This document shows, piece after piece, positions 1 to 12,310 of a DNA stretch of 64,000 nucleotides. The notes under the pieces were generated by a model. The model was not told the DNA's origin, made no database searches, and was given only the letters and a program-made list of their open reading frames with translations. The DNA is from Candidatus Magasanikiibacteriota bacterium (GTDB lineage Bacteria > Patescibacteriota > Patescibacteriia > Magasanikbacterales > UBA922): NCBI GenBank assembly GCA_018652595.1, contig JABIBU010000022.1, positions 50,346-114,345 of the forward strand, written 5' to 3'. A program made the translations under genes and the position numbers. Every line of letters begins with the position of its first letter. Positions within the stretch are counted from its first letter, which is position 1.

Positions 1-1
1 T

Positions 2-145
2 TTAGTTATTACCTTAATAATAACACCGCTCACAACTGCCGCACCAGTGATTTTGTATAGTGAATTAAAAAAAGTTCCACTAGGCACAGACAAACCAACA
101 CTTCCAGATCAAATTGAGACTCCTGCTGAACCGCCGATTAAATAA
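2..145 (+). CDS. 3' end of an unidentified gene running in from upstream (C-terminal fragment ...TAAPVILYSELKKVPLGTDKPTLPDQIETPAEPPIK*)
   Basis: Open frame from the window edge to a TAA at 143-145, followed by a terminator hairpin. Confidence 0.35.
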   Translation, partial: LVITLIITPLTTAAPVILYSELKKVPLGTDKPTLPDQIETPAEPPIK

Positions 146-169
146 TATAAAATATTAAAATCAAAAACT

Positions 170-196
170 AAAGACCCTCTACTGGGGTCTTTTCAA
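170..196 (+). terminator. Rho-independent terminator (AGACCC-loop-GGGTCT + T-run)
   Basis: Inverted repeat agaccc/gggtct followed by tttt. Confidence 0.6.
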
Positions 197-249
197 TTCC
201 CCCTGTTAATGGTAAAATGGACTTATGTTAACATTCTAAATAACTTGAT

Positions 250-1785
250 ATGAAATATACATCCATAATCGGCATGGAAGTCCATGTAGAGTTAAAAACC
301 AATTCCAAAATGTTTTGTTCATGCAAAAATGACCCTAATTTTGCTAATCCCAATACTAATATCTGTGAAATCTGTACTGGTCAGCCGGGGACTCTTCCTG
401 TGCCAAACAAGACTGCAATTGAATGGACTGTAAAAGTAGGCAAGGCTCTAGGTTGTGATATCCGCAAACTATCAAAATTTGATAGAAAACACTACTTTTA
501 TCCAGACCTACCAAAGGCCTATCAAATATCCCAATATGACGAACCAGTTGCAGAAAATGGTGAAATAACCTTAAGTTTTACAGTAGAGGAAAATATCAGA
601 GATATTGCCAAAATTGGCATAGAAAGGGCACATCTAGAAGAAGATACAGCCAAACTACTACATGACGATAAAAACGCCACATTGGTTGATTTTAACCGTG
701 CAGGCACCCCTCTGGTCGAGATTGTGACCAAACCAGACTTCAAAAGCTCTATGGAAGCCAAAGTGTACTGCCAAGAGCTCCGCACCCTTCTTCGTTACCT
801 AGGGGTGAGCGATGCTGATATGGAAAAAGGTCATATGCGCTGTGAAGCCAATATATCTGTTCAAGAGGCTGGTAAATTTGAAATTGATGACAAATTAGTA
901 AAGCCACTTGGAAATTATAAAATAAATCACAAAATAGAATTAAAAAACCTTAATTCTTTCAAAGCAGTGGAGCGAGGAATTGAATATGAAATAAAACGCC
1001 AGACAGAGCTACTAGAAAAAGGCGAGACTTGGGGACAAGAAACTCGTGGTTGGAATGATGACAAAGGCGAAACAGTCTTGCAACGTGTAAAAGAAAGCTC
1101 TGCAGACTATAGATATTTCCCAGAACCAGATATTCCCCCATTTCATCCCGAAAAAATCTCTGGCGTTGTTTCACTTCCAGAATTACCACAGGCCAAGCGT
1201 GCAAGATTTCACAGCGAATATGATCTGTCTTATGCTGATGCCAAATTACTTAGCGAAAACAAAAGTTGGGCCAATTTTACTGAAGAAGTAATGAGCGAAC
1301 TGACCGAATGGCTAGACTCTCTACCAGAAACAAAAAACAAAGCTGAAAATGTCCCACAAAAAATCGCTCGCCTAGCTGGGGCTTGGCTTACTAGTAAACT
1401 AATGGGAGTTTTGAAAGAAAAGAAATTAGATATTGATCAAATTAATTTTTCAGCTGAAAATTTTGCCGAGCTCATTGCTCTTATTTATACTGGCAGAGTA
1501 AACGGCACAAACGCTTATAAAATTCTTCTCATAATGGCAGGAAGCGACAAAGACCATGACCCAACTCACCTTCTAGAAGACAAAGGCTGGGGCCAAGTTT
1601 CTGATGAGGGTAAAATTAATGAAGTGGTGGACGAAGTAATAAAAAGCCATCCAAAACAAGTAGAAGAATTCAAATCTGGCAAAGAAACTGTTTTGAAATT
1701 CTTGATCGGAATGGTAATGAAAGCTACAGAAGGCAGTGCTGACCCTAAAGTTGTTGAGGGTGTTTTGCGAGGAAAGTTAGCGTAG
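250..1785 (+). CDS. gatB: Asp-tRNA(Asn)/Glu-tRNA(Gln) amidotransferase subunit B
   Basis: N-terminal IGMEVHVELKT... motif and overall GatB architecture with a C-terminal GatB/YqeY domain; 511 aa. Confidence 0.9.
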   Translation: MKYTSIIGMEVHVELKTNSKMFCSCKNDPNFANPNTNICEICTGQPGTLPVPNKTAIEWTVKVGKALGCDIRKLSKFDRKHYFYPDLPKAYQISQYDEPVAENGEITLSFTVEENIRDIAKIGIERAHLEEDTAKLLHDDKNATLVDFNRAGTPLVEIVTKPDFKSSMEAKVYCQELRTLLRYLGVSDADMEKGHMRCEANISVQEAGKFEIDDKLVKPLGNYKINHKIELKNLNSFKAVERGIEYEIKRQTELLEKGETWGQETRGWNDDKGETVLQRVKESSADYRYFPEPDIPPFHPEKISGVVSLPELPQAKRARFHSEYDLSYADAKLLSENKSWANFTEEVMSELTEWLDSLPETKNKAENVPQKIARLAGAWLTSKLMGVLKEKKLDIDQINFSAENFAELIALIYTGRVNGTNAYKILLIMAGSDKDHDPTHLLEDKGWGQVSDEGKINEVVDEVIKSHPKQVEEFKSGKETVLKFLIGMVMKATEGSADPKVVEGVLRGKLA

Positions 1786-1841
1786 TGCAAACATGGCAGT
1801 ATCCTGATTACGCATTATATATAAATTTTATTTCAAAAACT

Positions 1842-2615
1842 ATGAAGGTTCCCAAAAAGGCTTATTTTTTTATTGTCCCCTTATTAATAGCCGTATTTTG
1901 GATAGTCAATATCTATTCGAGTAAAATTACTGTATCAATTTATGATGGAACGACTGGGCAACCACTTATCGGAGCGGAGATTCAAGTTGATACATACTAC
2001 ACTTTTTTTGATAGTACAAAACATGACACTCAAATTATTTACACAGATGAAAATGGTAAAGCTACAGTTTATCCAACTCACAATAATCTTTCTAGTATCA
2101 CAGTATTCCACGAAGGCTATTTCCCAGAATCCATTGGTGGTAATACTCAAAAATATATATTAGCCATGTCACCGATTGAAGATTCTGGTCATTTTGTTAA
2201 TTTTTCATACACTTTTACCACTCCAAATGGAGATGAAATTGACTACAATCGTTTGAAATCGCAAAAACCACTTGATGATTATCTTTCTGATTCATATTTT
2301 AAATATTGGAGCTGGTTAGCAAACAAAAAGAAAGACTATTTATTGTGTGAAAATATCACTGAGATCAAAGACCATGACGACTGCTTAGTGTCTGTAGCCG
2401 AAACTACAAAAAATTATACTATTTGTGAATTAATTGATAAAAATACTTTTTGTTTTGCATCAGTTGCTTACAACACAAATAATGTGTCTATTTGTGATAA
2501 ATCTCATGATGTTGCATATTGTGAGTTATTATTTCAGTCAAAAAAAGGCATATGTTTGTCAGTAGAGGAAGCGAAAAAACTTGATATGAAAGTTCCGTGT
2601 ATAAATAATAAATAA
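1842..2615 (+). CDS. Hypothetical membrane-anchored protein with a Cys-rich C-terminal repeat (ORF track gives a GTG at 1785; ATG MKVPKK at 1842 more likely)
   Basis: N-terminal TM helix, beta-rich middle, C-terminal spaced Cys pattern (C-x11-C-x12-C-x8-C...). Confidence 0.45.
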   Translation: MKVPKKAYFFIVPLLIAVFWIVNIYSSKITVSIYDGTTGQPLIGAEIQVDTYYTFFDSTKHDTQIIYTDENGKATVYPTHNNLSSITVFHEGYFPESIGGNTQKYILAMSPIEDSGHFVNFSYTFTTPNGDEIDYNRLKSQKPLDDYLSDSYFKYWSWLANKKKDYLLCENITEIKDHDDCLVSVAETTKNYTICELIDKNTFCFASVAYNTNNVSICDKSHDVAYCELLFQSKKGICLSVEEAKKLDMKVPCINNK

Positions 2616-2624
2616 CAACAACAC

Positions 2625-2668
2625 TAAAAAAATAAAAAAGCCTCACAACATTGTGAGGCTTTTTGATA
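2625..2668. terminator. Bidirectional rho-independent terminator between convergent genes
   Basis: agcctcacaa-ca-ttgtgaggct 10-bp stem flanked by A-run and T-run. Confidence 0.75.
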
Positions 2669-2676
2669 TTATATTA

Positions 2677-5502
2677 CTAAACTGGTTCTGGCTGTGGTTG
2701 AGGCATAGGCTGTGGTTGGGGTGGTTGATTTGCACTAGAATCAACAGATGGTAGTGGAGGAGGTAATTGTATATCTTCTTTAGGTGTAAGAGGAGCAGGA
2801 AGAACATTCGGTGGCATCTGATCATTATGGAATTCCTCTCTAACCATATCCCCACGGTCAAAATCTCTAGGCTCTGGTCTGATATAATTATCAGGTTTAT
2901 CAAACCTAACTTCTTCATCTTTTTGAGGCATTTCATAACGATTATCGTGAATTTCTCCTACGGGTAGAGGTCCTTCTGGTTTTATTTCTAGTCGTCTTTC
3001 TTCTGGACGAAATTCTGAAGGAGGCGGGTGCGGAAGAGATGGGTCAAGTGGTTCCATCTGTCCCCCATCCTGTATACGACGTTCTTCTTCCCAGCGACGC
3101 TCTTCTTCTTTACGTCGCCCATCTTCTTCTGTTAACCTTTTTTGATCTTCAAACACATAGACCTCTTGTTTAATATTCTCATATTGATACATCTCATCCA
3201 TTTCTTGCCTTCTCTTTTCAAGACCACCATCCATGGTTTGATTAAATAGCTGTTCTTCTTCTCTTCTACATTCATCATCACAAAATGGATCAAATGATAA
3301 ATCTTTCTTAAATGTTTGTTTGCGTAGTTCAAATTCCTTGTCCATAACAGCTTGCCTAGCTCGCCTTTCTTCTTCTCGAACTTGTTTTAATTCTTCTTCA
3401 CCTTTGGCTGAGCCATATTTTTCTTGGAAAATACGCTCAATATTTCTATTTTCTTCTTGAATTTTATCGTGTGCTTTTCGTTCTTCATCACGTAATTCTT
3501 GCCCACGAATCATGTCTTGTTTATTATCCAGGCGTCCACGAAAATCTATACCGTTCTGATTAAGTTTTTCAAACACATCTTCATCAGCCCCAACAAATTT
3601 TTGTTTAAATTGAAGAAGTGCTTCTGGGTTATCAATATGTTCCACATAGTCTGTAATAAATCCTGACTGATGTTGAATTGCTTGGTCAAAAAACCTTCCA
3701 CCACCCACAAAAGGAGGAGGACCAAACCCATCAGGACCTACACCGGGAGGGGCAAATCCTTCTTCATCCCCAAATGGAGGTGGAGGTGGTGCAAAAAACA
3801 TTTCTGGATTTTGGGCAAATTCTTCTTTCAATCTTTGAAGTGTTTCAATATCCTCTGGATTATTTGATTCAATTTGTTGAAAAAATTTCTCACCTTCCGA
3901 TCTGGCGCGCTCAATAAATTTTGTCTTTACTTCACGTTCCATTTTATCCATAAATTCTCTCTGCTCTGGGGTTAATTCTTTTTCTAACTCTTCAATCAAT
4001 CGAAATGCGGTTGGGTCGGGATTATCTGCCATTTGTTTTGAAAGTTTTTCAAACCTATCAGCAACATCTTGTGCGCCTGTATCTCCAGAAAATGCCTCGC
4101 GAAATCTATTTAACCCTTCTGTGTGCCGCTGTTCCATTTCTTTTTGCAAATCTTCATCTTCAAAATTAACTCGCTGTCTTATTTCTTCCATCACACGCAT
4201 CTTTGCTACATCAGGTTCATTCTCTTTGAATCTGGCAAACTCTCGTTCTCTCATCCTATCCCTAAACTCTTGTTCAAAGTTGTCTCCTTCAAATCTCTCC
4301 ACGTTATTCTGTATCCTGCGTGCGGCAATATCTTTTGCTACTTCAATTTTTTGACGCAATTCCTCTGGAACATCCTCCAATTGTCTGATACGGTCAAAAA
4401 TTTCCATATGAATTGTCTCATCACCACCAACGTCTCTAACATATGACTCAAACTTTTCAGCATGCCGGGCTCGATCTTCCTCTGGTATTCGTTCAAATTC
4501 TTTGTTAAAACGATTCAAAGCGTTATCTTGTGCCCGAAGAATTGCTTCACGAGCTTGTTCTGGTACTCTTTCTCCAATTTGTTGCAAAACTTCCAAATTA
4601 CGAAAGTTTTTAAATTCACTTCCACGCTGTTTTTTAAGCACACGGTCAATTCTTTCAGTTAGATGCTCACCATCTTCTCCTACCTTCGAAAAAACATCAC
4701 CAACCGCTCTTGCAGACTTCTGTCTTGCCATATCTGCTTTTTCAAAAAGCCTTTGTGCTATTTCTGGTTCATAATCAAGTGCTTCTTCTCCAATTTTGGA
4801 AAAGATCTTTTGTTGCTTAATTTGGGTATCAAGCACATCATCCAAAAACCCATCCACTCTTACATCTCCTTCTTCTTGACCTTTATGCAAATCGTCCACT
4901 CTCTTTACAATTTTTTCAATTCTTCTGTTTACATTATCTATTTCCTTTATAATTTTTTCCACACCCTTTTGGTCGTCTATTCCCTCTCCCCATCTGTGCT
5001 GAAGTTCGACCAAATCTTCTCTCATAAACTGCAGGTCAAGCTCGCTGTCTTTTACATCATCAAATGTGACTGCTTTTTTAAAAAATCTACCAACTTTATC
5101 AAACAATCCTACTCTTGACCCTTCTGCCACTCCCAAATCCTCATTTGTTACAAATTCATCTTGAGCAGCCTCTTCTGATGTTCCAAAACCATCATCACCA
5201 ACTACCATGTCAGTTTCACCACCAGACAAAAGACCATCATCAAACTCATCGGTTCCTGCTGTCTGTTCAACATCTTCAGTCAATTGTTCATATTCACCCT
5301 CAAGACTTTTATGATCTTCTGGGCCCAATGTACCATTTTGCAAAGGCAAATCTAATCCACCTGTCTCACTAGATGGCTCATCCACTTCTGCTAGCGCTCC
5401 GTCTTGCCCCAAATCTAATGCCTCGGCTTCCTGTGCATTTGCAGGAAGAACAAATAAAAAACCAGCTATCAGCAATAGAACGCCTATTTTTTGATATTTC
5501 AT
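2677..5502 (-). CDS. Large secreted polyampholyte/coiled-coil protein with Pro/Gly-rich and PQ-repeat segments (hypothetical)
   Basis: Signal peptide MKYQKIGVLLLIAGFLFVLPANA; 941 aa extremely E/R/K/D-rich; FAPPPPPFGDEEGFAPPGVGPDGFGPPPF; C-terminal PQPQPMPQPQPEPV. Confidence 0.6.
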   Translation of the reverse strand: MKYQKIGVLLLIAGFLFVLPANAQEAEALDLGQDGALAEVDEPSSETGGLDLPLQNGTLGPEDHKSLEGEYEQLTEDVEQTAGTDEFDDGLLSGGETDMVVGDDGFGTSEEAAQDEFVTNEDLGVAEGSRVGLFDKVGRFFKKAVTFDDVKDSELDLQFMREDLVELQHRWGEGIDDQKGVEKIIKEIDNVNRRIEKIVKRVDDLHKGQEEGDVRVDGFLDDVLDTQIKQQKIFSKIGEEALDYEPEIAQRLFEKADMARQKSARAVGDVFSKVGEDGEHLTERIDRVLKKQRGSEFKNFRNLEVLQQIGERVPEQAREAILRAQDNALNRFNKEFERIPEEDRARHAEKFESYVRDVGGDETIHMEIFDRIRQLEDVPEELRQKIEVAKDIAARRIQNNVERFEGDNFEQEFRDRMREREFARFKENEPDVAKMRVMEEIRQRVNFEDEDLQKEMEQRHTEGLNRFREAFSGDTGAQDVADRFEKLSKQMADNPDPTAFRLIEELEKELTPEQREFMDKMEREVKTKFIERARSEGEKFFQQIESNNPEDIETLQRLKEEFAQNPEMFFAPPPPPFGDEEGFAPPGVGPDGFGPPPFVGGGRFFDQAIQHQSGFITDYVEHIDNPEALLQFKQKFVGADEDVFEKLNQNGIDFRGRLDNKQDMIRGQELRDEERKAHDKIQEENRNIERIFQEKYGSAKGEEELKQVREEERRARQAVMDKEFELRKQTFKKDLSFDPFCDDECRREEEQLFNQTMDGGLEKRRQEMDEMYQYENIKQEVYVFEDQKRLTEEDGRRKEEERRWEEERRIQDGGQMEPLDPSLPHPPPSEFRPEERRLEIKPEGPLPVGEIHDNRYEMPQKDEEVRFDKPDNYIRPEPRDFDRGDMVREEFHNDQMPPNVLPAPLTPKEDIQLPPPLPSVDSSANQPPQPQPMPQPQPEPV

Positions 5503-5748
5503 ATGTTTGTATCTAAGTTAATTAACACACTATGAGTATAGCACGGAAAACAAAAAATAAACAAAATCTATCCCCACCCCCACCCTTTGCAAGATAAGAC
5601 AAAACTGTTACAATTAATAAGTATGAAATACAGAAATGACAACCTGCAAGGAGGGTTGCCACAAAACAAAGGACTTATTGCACATAAAATATAATACCGC
5701 CTGTCTGGTGGTTTTTTCTTGTCTTAAATAATAACTTTCTAATAATAT

Positions 5749-8492
<2,744 letters not shown>

Positions 8493-8537
8493 TCCGCCGA
8501 CTGACGGACGAGAAATTCCTTTTCATGACTAGAACTA

Positions 8538-8568
8538 TAAAACAAAATAAACCCTTCTTAGAAGGGTT
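8538..8568 (+). terminator. Rho-independent terminator after purA
   Basis: aaacccttc-ttag-aagggttt followed by a T-run. Confidence 0.7.
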
Positions 8569-8709
8569 TATTTTTATAAAAATTATTTAAATGAAGAACC
8601 CCGCACATCATCTTGCCGAAGCAATAGACGTACGGGGCTCGAAAACCAGTAAGGCACCGACCAAGAATCTAGATGACCAGTGGGTCAATAGATCCGAGAT
8701 ACAAGTATC

Positions 8710-9261
8710 CTACTTAGAGCAGGGAAGCAAGTCGATCTTCCGCCAAACGTTGATGAGTAGACGGAAGTACAGCTTCCAGCAACCACCCTCATAACAGAGG
8801 GAGGCTATGTTGGGGCTCCTCCTCTCATCCAGGAAAATGGTACCAGACAAAATGATGTACTTCCTGTCTCTCAACTCCTCCGGGATGTCGGCCTGCTCAG
8901 CAAGAAAACGTACCGCATCTGAAAGACCAAAGTTGGCCTTGAGCGCAACAGCACGCTCACGCATTTCCGGTCCCTGGATCGAATTCTTGTCCCCGTCAAA
9001 ACAGGGGACAAATTTCAAATCCTCAACCTTAATACGTCTCGGAAGAACGTCTTCCACAACCTCCCAACCCGTCGGGATAAGCTCCGGACAGAGAATCTCT
9101 GCCGGAAAAAAAGTTTTGCCTGCCTGCTTTCCATCCAGAAAAGCCTGCAAACCTTCGCGGTTAACCCGCTCGGACCGAATTTGGTCCCCCAACTCCAACA
9201 ATTGCTCCAATGTTACCTTGCTCACGACACTCTCCTCACCCATAGGTAGACAACTAAGCAC
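8710..9261 (-). CDS. Orphan small protein in higher-GC islet A (track start is GTG at 9261; ATG MGEESVV at 9243)
   Basis: About 50% GC coding segment in about 33% GC surroundings; AGGTGA upstream of the GTG start; no family recognised. Confidence 0.45.
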   Translation of the reverse strand: MLSCLPMGEESVVSKVTLEQLLELGDQIRSERVNREGLQAFLDGKQAGKTFFPAEILCPELIPTGWEVVEDVLPRRIKVEDLKFVPCFDGDKNSIQGPEMRERAVALKANFGLSDAVRFLAEQADIPEELRDRKYIILSGTIFLDERRSPNIASLCYEGGCWKLYFRLLINVWRKIDLLPCSK

Positions 9262-9422
9262 TGAGCATCACCTGATGCACAATACCATAGCTGATACGCC
9301 TACAAGCAAAATAGCCAGGAACCACTCCCAGCCAAATTTCTATCTTTTTGGCTAAAATAAGATAAAAATTTGACTAGGATTTAATGACGTATAACTAATT
9401 TTATAAAGAACTTATAATATAT

Positions 9423-11561
9423 TTATAACACATTTAGGTGGTTTTGTCTATACTTAAAATACTCATCAATAGCGCCGTCAACAAGTCGCACAGCCAGACC
9501 AATATAATCCTCTGGATGTAATACTGTCAAAATTTCTTGTTTAACTACATCTTCCACATCTAGACCTGTTACAAACCTACGCAAATCTTCTAGAGTCACC
9601 TGCTTGCCACGTGATTCTTTTTTTACTATTTCATAAGCATCAATTCGACCATATTTTCTGAGGATTGTCTGTATTGCTTCAGTTATTATTTGTGGATTAT
9701 TATTAATTTCTTCGCGAGCAAATTCCACATTAGGACGGATAAGATCAAAAGCAATTTGTAAGTGTTTCAGAGCTACATATACATAACCAATAGCCTCACC
9801 ATAAGACTTTTCCAAATCATGATCAGACAAATCACGCTGTAAACGAGATACATCTAGCTCAGATGAAAAGACATTGAATAATGCGTTGGCTTTTTTTATA
9901 TTACCCTCTGCCACCTCAGCAAACCAAGGATTTATTTTGTGTGGCATTACAGACGAACCCACGTGGCTCTCCACCTTTGTAAAATACATTGTACCAAAAC
10001 CAGCATAGAGCGACATGTCTACAGCAATATCGCGAAGTACATTACCAACTTCTTGCACTGCTTGTAGTTTGGAAATCATATCCACATGTGTCCCCCGCTG
10101 ATCAGTCCAAAGTTCACACTCTAAATTTAAACGCTTGGTTAATTCTTTTGAATATTTTATCCAATCCAAATCTGGATAAGCCGATACAAAACTATTATAA
10201 TTCCCAACTGCTCCATTTATTTTTCCAGTCAATTTTACTGATTGCATTTTTTGCAAACCATTAGTTAGTCTAACTAAATAATTGGCAAATACCTTACCAA
10301 AAGTAGTCGGGCTCGCGGGCTGTACATGAGTCCTGGCCAAAAGTGGATTGTTTTTATATTTTTCAGACAAACTTTTCAACACTTCAGTTGTTTCCAATAC
10401 ACTTGGAACAAATAATTCACTCATTCCGTCATTCAGCATCATTTTGTAGGCCAAATTATTAATATCAGCCGAAGTCGTAAACATATGTACAAAACTGGCA
10501 ACATCTGATAGACTCGTGTTTTCCATTTTTTCTTTTATCCAAAGCTCGCATGCTTTCATGTCATGTTCAACAGGACCAACACCATTTCTACCCAAGTGAT
10601 CATACTGCAAAACTTCGTAAGCTGAACTTTCGGAAAAATTATCTGCCAAATCTTTTAACCATTCCTTTTCTTTTGGTGTAAATAATCTCACTACTTGCCC
10701 ATCAAAAAAATCAGATAAGCAGAGTAGATGTTCTATTTCGGCTTTTACACGATACTTGTGCAGTGCATACTCAGAAAAATAGTGGCGAAGTGGTGCGGTC
10801 ATTTCTCCATGTCGCCCATCCAAGGCTGAAGTACTTTGCAAAGATTTTTTATAACGATCTACTTTTATTACTTCTTCTAAAATATTTTCTATGTTTTCCA
10901 AATTCTTTACAATCAAAGCATCTTCAATACCCATCTCATGAAAATCTTCTCTAGTCGTTTGCCCTTGGCAAACCCCAACAAATTTTATTTTTTGATAAAA
11001 ACTGGAATAATAATCATCACTGTGATCACCAAACATTACAGTCTGTTCTGGCTTGATACCAATATTTTCTAAATGTTTAATAGCTTCTTCAAAAGCTCTT
11101 GGGTGTGGCTTTCTAAATTCCAGCTCAGGCGGAATATGCATAAAAGCAAAATCATCAATATCAAAACCAGCCTGAGCCAGTCTCTCTGACAACATTCTCA
11201 CTCTGTTCGTCACCAACCCAACGACTAAACCAGCCTGCTTTAGACTCTTTATTGCTTCTAGAGATCCAGAAGTAGGATCATACTTTTCACTTGGAGAGTG
11301 CTCTCTATAATTTCCCAAAACTACTTCCCACAATTCCTGTCCATTGCTAACACCAAGGAATAATTCCTTAAAAATATCTTCAAATGGCAAATTCTTTGCT
11401 TGAATCCGATAAATATCGTCTTTTGTTGGCTTAGATACAGAAAAACCACCCTTAATAAGGCGGTCTACAGTTTTTGTAATATTTTTTACCACAAAATCAT
11501 TAGAGGCAATCAAAGTATTGTCTACATCAAATATAACTGCTTTTATTTCTTTGTCTATCAT
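9423..11561 (-). CDS. purB: Fusion protein: N-terminal HAD-superfamily phosphatase domain + adenylosuccinate lyase
   Basis: FDVDNTL HAD motif I with a HAD core in the first ~230 aa; C-terminal TAPLRHYFSEYAL..., LARTHVQPASPTTFGK, GKINGAVGNYN, SSVMPHKINP, SRLQRDLSD collinear with E. coli PurB. Confidence 0.85.
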   Translation of the reverse strand: MIDKEIKAVIFDVDNTLIASNDFVVKNITKTVDRLIKGGFSVSKPTKDDIYRIQAKNLPFEDIFKELFLGVSNGQELWEVVLGNYREHSPSEKYDPTSGSLEAIKSLKQAGLVVGLVTNRVRMLSERLAQAGFDIDDFAFMHIPPELEFRKPHPRAFEEAIKHLENIGIKPEQTVMFGDHSDDYYSSFYQKIKFVGVCQGQTTREDFHEMGIEDALIVKNLENIENILEEVIKVDRYKKSLQSTSALDGRHGEMTAPLRHYFSEYALHKYRVKAEIEHLLCLSDFFDGQVVRLFTPKEKEWLKDLADNFSESSAYEVLQYDHLGRNGVGPVEHDMKACELWIKEKMENTSLSDVASFVHMFTTSADINNLAYKMMLNDGMSELFVPSVLETTEVLKSLSEKYKNNPLLARTHVQPASPTTFGKVFANYLVRLTNGLQKMQSVKLTGKINGAVGNYNSFVSAYPDLDWIKYSKELTKRLNLECELWTDQRGTHVDMISKLQAVQEVGNVLRDIAVDMSLYAGFGTMYFTKVESHVGSSVMPHKINPWFAEVAEGNIKKANALFNVFSSELDVSRLQRDLSDHDLEKSYGEAIGYVYVALKHLQIAFDLIRPNVEFAREEINNNPQIITEAIQTILRKYGRIDAYEIVKKESRGKQVTLEDLRRFVTGLDVEDVVKQEILTVLHPEDYIGLAVRLVDGAIDEYFKYRQNHLNVL

Positions 11562-11692
11562 AAATTTATCTAATCAGCCACTCCTTTCTTTTAAATCACC
11601 AATACTCGTCCTGCGTAGCCGTAGGCGAAGCACGGATCCCTCCTGCCTAAGGTATATTAGACTATCATGCCAATATAGTCAAGAAAAGCTAA

Positions 11693-11722
11693 GGCCGTCG
11701 ATTCCGAGGAACCGACGGCCAG
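11693..11722 (-). terminator. Hairpin GGCCGTCG-loop-CGACGGCC downstream of the islet B gene
   Basis: 8-bp GC-rich perfect stem; weak T-run. Confidence 0.4.
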
Positions 11723-11749
11723 ATGAAACAATGGCTGACCCGAAGAGTT

Positions 11750-12070
11750 CTACTCCTCGAAGACGAAGTTCGCCATAAGGAGAGCCTCGCGAACCACACG
11801 AAGAACAACTTTAAAAACATCGTTTGACAAGTCATCCTCCTTTTGAGCCATGGCACGCGTCTCTTCCAAGATTGCTGGAGCGTCATTGTAGATGACAACG
11901 GTCATCGAGTCCATCACCTGTAGAACCGTGAACCCCGCCGCTACCAGGCTTGTTGGTAAACCATGTTCGTTGAGATGCATCTCGAGACGCAAACGCATCT
12001 CGCCCACATCCTCAGGAAATCTGGAAACTAATATGCCGATCTCTTCACGAAGCTCTTTAATTGTGCTCAT
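11750..12070 (-). CDS. Orphan small protein in higher-GC islet B (106 aa)
   Basis: GC-rich ORF; GGAGGAG SD 6 nt upstream of the ATG; TTGACA-N17-TATGAT promoter upstream. Confidence 0.5.
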   Translation of the reverse strand: MSTIKELREEIGILVSRFPEDVGEMRLRLEMHLNEHGLPTSLVAAGFTVLQVMDSMTVVIYNDAPAILEETRAMAQKEDDLSNDVFKVVLRVVREALLMANFVFEE

Positions 12071-12282
12071 TGCATTCTCCTCCGAAATGAACGTTATATT
12101 ATGCCAAAATCATAACATAGAAAAACTAGACTGTCAACATACCCAAATATCCACAAAATACCTCTTGCGCTAATCTAAAAAAACTGATAAAATATGGAAG
12201 ATATGAAGAATAAATATATACAAAAAGAAGGTCGTTTCAAATTGCCAGCCGAGGCAGACCAATTCATTTATTTCTAATAATT

Positions 12283-12310
12283 CCACCCCGAAAACATCGG
12301 GGTGTTTTTT
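12283..12310 (+). promoter_or_regulatory. Intrinsic-terminator-like hairpin (CACCCCG-AAAACA-CGGGGTG + T6) directly abutting the start codon of the downstream amidohydrolase gene; candidate attenuator
   Basis: 7-bp GC stem + TTTTTT immediately before the ATG at 12311; no plus-strand gene upstream to terminate. Confidence 0.4.

Noticed and set aside
4121-5372. Several 60-150-aa plus-strand ORFs inside the 941-aa gene
   Set aside because: Shadow ORFs of the long minus-strand gene; S/L/F-rich low-complexity translations
5503-5748. Possible purine riboswitch upstream of guaB
   Set aside because: None of the conserved guanine-aptamer elements (UUUCUACC / CCGUAAAU cores) are present in the leader
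8807-9355. 182-aa plus-strand ORF antisense to the islet A gene
   Set aside because: S/R/P-rich low-complexity translation typical of the wrong strand of a GC-rich gene; the minus-strand frame is far more protein-like
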